From positions 2,144,001 to 2,208,000 of the forward strand of contig CBDFLJ010000001.1 in NCBI GenBank assembly GCA_965248835.1: DNA of 64,000 nucleotides, given 5' to 3'. This document shows, in pieces, positions 60,328 to 64,000 of this stretch. Position numbers and translations under genes: made by a program. The notes beneath the pieces are model-generated. The model searched no databases and was not told the origin of the DNA. It saw only the letters and a list, made by a program, of their open reading frames with translations. Position 1 is the stretch's first letter, and every line of letters begins with the position of its first letter. This stretch comes from Alphaproteobacteria bacterium. Its GTDB lineage: Bacteria > Pseudomonadota > Alphaproteobacteria > MPNO01.

Positions 60328-61050
60328 AGGCGGCGCTCGCGGCTTCTCCGCCGATCTCTGGAAGCCCTGGCCGCGATGGGCTGCAGGGTCGATGTCGCCG
60401 TCGCGGTCGCCGGCGGCAACGGCACCATCAGCGAAGCGGTCAACGGGCTTGGCCGCGGCGCACCCCCGATCGGGATCATCCCGTTGGGCACCGCCAACGT
60501 CCTTGCGATCGAGGTCGGCCTGCCGGTCCGAGCCGGCACGATCGCGGCGACGATCGCCAACGGCGAGGCCACACCGGTGACGACCGGTCTGGTCAACGAC
60601 CGGCGTTTCATCCTGATGGCGGGGATCGGCCTGGATGCCAGCGTCGTGGAGACAATCGACCTGGCGCGCAAGCGGCGGCTCGGCAAGATGGCCTATGTCT
60701 GGCAGGCACTCCGCGAAGGCCTGCGCTATCCTTTCCCGCGGTTCGATGTCGAGATCGATGGACGCCGCATCGTCGCGCCGTCCCTGATCGTCGCCAACGG
60801 GCGGCATTATGCCGGCTCTTTCGTGTGCGCACCCGATGCCGGGCTCGAACGCGACAGGCTGGAGGCGTGCGCCTTCACGCGGTTCGGCGCCGTCAACGCC
60901 TTGCGCTACGGACTGGCCCTGACGAGCGGGCTGCCCGCCCGCCTGCCGGACGTCGTGATCCAGCCGGCGGCGCGGATCGCCCTCCGTCGGCTGTCATCAA
61001 AGTTTCACAAAAATTTCATTCCCATGACGCCCGCGGGGTGTAGCGGATAG
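60325..61050 (+). pseudogene. YegS/DgkB-type diacylglycerol kinase family remnant
   Basis: AGGNGTISEAVNGL, IPLGTANVLA, MAGIGLDA, NG.HYAG present. The N-terminal NP..G motif is missing, GGDG is GGNG, and the C-terminus runs into the Pho boxes without the DG[DE] motif. Confidence 0.75.
60991..61019 (+). promoter_or_regulatory. Pho box array (PhoB binding sites) upstream of pstS
   Basis: CTGTCAT-caaa-GTTTCAC-aaaa-ATTTCAT: three heptamers at 11-bp spacing with A-rich spacers. Confidence 0.88.
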
Positions 61051-61124
61051 GGACTTCGAAGCGGCGAGGGAATGGATCGCCGCCCGGCGGAGATCTCAGA
61101 CCTCACACCGATGACGGAGACATC

Positions 61125-62165
61125 ATGAACAGAATTGCGTTGCTGGCGGCGACCGCTTTGGCGTCGCTCGCACTCGTCTCGGGCGCCCAGGCGCGCGATC
61201 AGATCAGGATCGTCGGCTCCTCGACGGTCTTCCCCTTTGCCACGACGGTCGCGGAGACCTTCGGCAAATCGACCGACTTCAAGACTCCGGTGGTCGAAAG
61301 CACCGGTTCCGGAGGCGGGCTGAAACTGTTCTGCTCGGGCCTCGGCGTCAGACATCCCGACATCACCAACGCCTCGCGCCGAATCAAGAAGTCCGAGGTC
61401 GAGCGCTGCGCCAAGAACGGCATCCGCGCGATCACCGAGATCAAAATCGGCTATGACGGAATCGTGCTTGCCAACGCGAAGTCGGTCCCGCAGGCGAACA
61501 TCTCGCTGAAGCAGCTCTTCCTCGCGCTGGCCAAGACCGTGCCGGCGAACGCCGATGGCTCGATGCTTCGGGAGAACCCCTACCGGATGTGGTCGGACAT
61601 CGATCCCGCGCTGCCGAAAAAGAAGATCGAGGTGCTGGGACCGCCGCCGACCTCGGGCACACGCGATGCGTTTGTCGAGGTCGCCATGGAGGGCGGGTGC
61701 AAGACCTTCCCCGCCATCAAGGCGATGAAGAAGGCCAACAAAAAGAAGTACAAGGCCCTGTGCCACGGCATCCGTGAGGACGGCGCCTTCATCGAGGCGG
61801 GCGAGAACGACGTCCTGATCGTCCAGAAGCTCGTCGCCAACCCGAATGCCTTCGGGATCTTCGGCTACAGCTTCCTGGACTCCAACACCGACCGCGTCCA
61901 GGGCACGGTGGTGAACGGCGTCGCGCCGGAGTTCGAGACGATCTCGTCGGGCAAGTACCCGGTCTCGCGCTCGATGTACTTCTACGTCAAGCAGGCCCAT
62001 GTGGGCGTCATCCCCGGCATCAAGGAGTATGTCTCGGAGTTCACCAGCGAGCGTGCCTGGGGGCCCGACGGCTATCTGGTGGACAAGGGGCTGATCCCGC
62101 TGTCCGACGCCGACCGCAAGAAGATCCGCGCGGCGGCGATGAGCGGCGCCAAGCTGTCCATGTAG
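61125..62165 (+). CDS. pstS: Phosphate ABC transporter substrate-binding protein
   Basis: ARDQIRIVGSSTVFPF, ESTGSGGG.KLFC, NASR, GPPPTSGTRD, YPVSR; GGAG RBS. Confidence 0.95.
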   Translation: MNRIALLAATALASLALVSGAQARDQIRIVGSSTVFPFATTVAETFGKSTDFKTPVVESTGSGGGLKLFCSGLGVRHPDITNASRRIKKSEVERCAKNGIRAITEIKIGYDGIVLANAKSVPQANISLKQLFLALAKTVPANADGSMLRENPYRMWSDIDPALPKKKIEVLGPPPTSGTRDAFVEVAMEGGCKTFPAIKAMKKANKKKYKALCHGIREDGAFIEAGENDVLIVQKLVANPNAFGIFGYSFLDSNTDRVQGTVVNGVAPEFETISSGKYPVSRSMYFYVKQAHVGVIPGIKEYVSEFTSERAWGPDGYLVDKGLIPLSDADRKKIRAAAMSGAKLSM

Positions 62166-62177
62166 CCGGATAATTCC

Positions 62178-62212
62178 GTGCGCCGGTCGGTAAAGCCTGC
62201 CGGCCGGCGCAC
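62178..62212 (+). terminator. Intercistronic stem-loop after pstS (mRNA stabiliser or partial terminator)
   Basis: GTGCGCCGGTCGG...CCGGCCGGCGCAC inverted repeat with a weak U tract. Confidence 0.55.
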
Positions 62213-62254
62213 ACATTTGTGGTATTGCTGCGCACGGCGGTCGGACCGGACCAG

Positions 62255-63637
62255 ATGTCACCCATAACGCTCATCTTCGTCCTCGGCGGGCTGACGATCT
62301 TCAGCTTCTATTTCGGCCGGCGCCGGGCCTTCGTCCTTGCCGGCGGAAGACCGCGCGACTTGCATTCGCGTCCGAGCTATTACGGCCTTTACGTCGCGCT
62401 GTGGTGCGCCATTCCGGCGCTTGCGATCGCCATTTTGTGGCTGGTGCTCCAGCCGGCGCTGACCGAAAGCCTGATCATCGCAGCGCTTCCGGAAACCAAG
62501 CAAAACCTGCCGGCCGACCGGATGTCCCTGCTGCTCAACGACATTCGCAATGTCGCCTCCGGCAGCATCGCAAGCGATGCGCGCGATCCCGACGTCCAGG
62601 CCGCCGCCAGACACCTGGCCAGGCTGACCGCGACCGGGCACACGGCGCTGTTCGCCGTCGGCATCGCGGTCGCCGTCATCGGGCTCGCGTTCGCCCGCCG
62701 GAGGGTCTCGCTATCGCTGCGCGCGCGCAACCAGGTCGAGCGCGTGGTCAACGTGCTGCTGATCGCGTGTTCCTCGATCGCGATCCTGACCACGATCGGC
62801 ATCGTCCTGTCGCTGGTTTTCGAATCGATCCGGTTCTTCGGCGAGGTGCCGTTCTTCGACTTCCTGTTCGGCCTGGAATGGAGCCCGCAGACCGCGCTCC
62901 GCGCCGACCAGGTCGGCTCGACGGGCGCGTTCGGCGCGATCCCGCTGTTCGCCGGTACATTGCTGATTACCCTGATCGCGATGTTGATCGCCGTGCCGGT
63001 GGGCCTGCTTTCGGCGATCTATCTGTCGGATTACGCCGACCATAGGGTGCGCAGCGTGATCAAGCCGCTGGTAGAAATTCTGGCCGGCATCCCGACGGTG
63101 GTCTACGGCTTCTTCGCAGCGCTGACGGTTGCACCGCAGCTTCGCGGGCTGGGCGAAGCCCTTGGCCTGGATGTCGCCTCGGAGAGCGCGCTGGCCGCCG
63201 GTGCGGTCATGGGCATCATGATCATCCCGTTCATCTCATCGTTGTCCGACGACGTGATGAACGCGGTGCCGCAATCGCTGCGCGCCGGCTCGTTCGCCCT
63301 GGGGGCGACGAAGTCCGAGACCATCAAGCGCGTGATCCTGCCGGCGGCCCTGCCGGGGATCTTCGCCGCCTTCCTGCTGGCGGTCAGCCGGGCGATAGGC
63401 GAGACCATGATCGTCGTCATGGCCGCCGGGCTGGCGGCGAATCTGACCGCCAACCCGTTCGAGGCGGTCACCACGGTGACCGTTCAGATCGTCACCCTGC
63501 TGGTCGGCGATCAGGAGTTCGACAGCGCCAAGACGCTCGCCGCCTTCGCGCTCGGTTTGATGCTGTTCTGCATAACCCTGGCGATGAACGTGATCGCACT
63601 TCACGTCGTGCGCAAATACCGGGAACAATATGACTGA
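62255..63637 (+). CDS. pstC: Phosphate ABC transporter permease PstC (with N-terminal extension)
   Basis: LHSRP.YYG, EILAGIPTVVYGFF, ALGATKSET, SRAIGETMIV. Alternative GTG start at 62219. Confidence 0.95.
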   Translation: MSPITLIFVLGGLTIFSFYFGRRRAFVLAGGRPRDLHSRPSYYGLYVALWCAIPALAIAILWLVLQPALTESLIIAALPETKQNLPADRMSLLLNDIRNVASGSIASDARDPDVQAAARHLARLTATGHTALFAVGIAVAVIGLAFARRRVSLSLRARNQVERVVNVLLIACSSIAILTTIGIVLSLVFESIRFFGEVPFFDFLFGLEWSPQTALRADQVGSTGAFGAIPLFAGTLLITLIAMLIAVPVGLLSAIYLSDYADHRVRSVIKPLVEILAGIPTVVYGFFAALTVAPQLRGLGEALGLDVASESALAAGAVMGIMIIPFISSLSDDVMNAVPQSLRAGSFALGATKSETIKRVILPAALPGIFAAFLLAVSRAIGETMIVVMAAGLAANLTANPFEAVTTVTVQIVTLLVGDQEFDSAKTLAAFALGLMLFCITLAMNVIALHVVRKYREQYD

Positions 63638-64000
63638 AGCCCTGCAGGTGTGGGGATCGGGGAGCGACGGCGGGCAGCTGGCACTCGGCCAGGCGCGCCT
63701 GAGGCGCCGCTACGCCGCGGAACGACGGTTCAAGATCTATGGGATGGTCGCGGTCGCGATCGCGATGGCCGCGCTGCTGTGGCTGCTGATCAGCATCATC
63801 TCCAAGGGCTATAGCGCGTTCACCCAGACCTATCTGAGCCTTGAAGTGAACTTCGACCCGGCCGTGCTGGGGATCTCCGAAGCCTCGTCTGCCCAGGCGC
63901 TGAACCGGGCGAATTTCGGCGGGCTGTACAAGGCCGCGCTGCGCGAAGCGTTTCCGGACGTGCGGGGACGCCGTGCCAAGCGCGCCCTATACGCCCTGCT
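63630..64000 (+). CDS. pstA: Phosphate ABC transporter permease PstA (5' part, runs off window)
   Basis: ATG overlaps the end of pstC; LRRRYAAERRFKIYG followed by a TM segment and KGYSAFTQT. Confidence 0.85.
   Translation, partial: MTEALQVWGSGSDGGQLALGQARLRRRYAAERRFKIYGMVAVAIAMAALLWLLISIISKGYSAFTQTYLSLEVNFDPAVLGISEASSAQALNRANFGGLYKAALREAFPDVRGRRAKRALYAL

Noticed and set aside
59617-61050. Two full-length antiparallel overlapping genes (396 aa and 427 aa)
   Set aside because: Each ORF has recognisable sequence on only one side of about 60325; the overlap results from the deletion junction.

Overview
High-GC alphaproteobacterial (Rhodospirillales-like) chromosomal window. It is mostly core genes: gatCAB, ruvX, plsY-dprA-topA-rnr, rpmG, aspS, rnd, hda, purMN, ndk, holC-pepA, surA-pdxA-rsmA, cysteine desulfurase-fdx, anmK, tyrS, glnE, prfB with its +1 frameshift, PBP1A, secA, argJ-mutT and pstSCA. 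Catabolic genes are scattered among them: two LLM oxidoreductases, an aromatic CoA ligase, a flavin reductase, two cupins, a PhtD-like protein, TenA, a PuuE-like hydrolase and a Rieske oxygenase. I saw no tRNA, rRNA, CRISPR array, prophage or transposase. Main observations: (1) a decayed GT4 glycosyltransferase / DAG-kinase locus with several apparent deletions directly upstream of a triple Pho box and pstS, probably a lost phosphate-starvation lipid-remodelling module; (2) lptF-lptG-lptD are missing from their usual place between pepA and surA; (3) purM appears to start at ATT; (4) a 25-bp TAGAGC...GCTCTA palindrome family supplies stop codons at convergent gene junctions; (5) a CoA-ligase/LLM/flavin-reductase module; (6) an HtrA-like protein lacking catalytic residues; (7) a patch of atypical codon usage inside glnE. 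All calls come from reading motifs by eye; no database searches were run.
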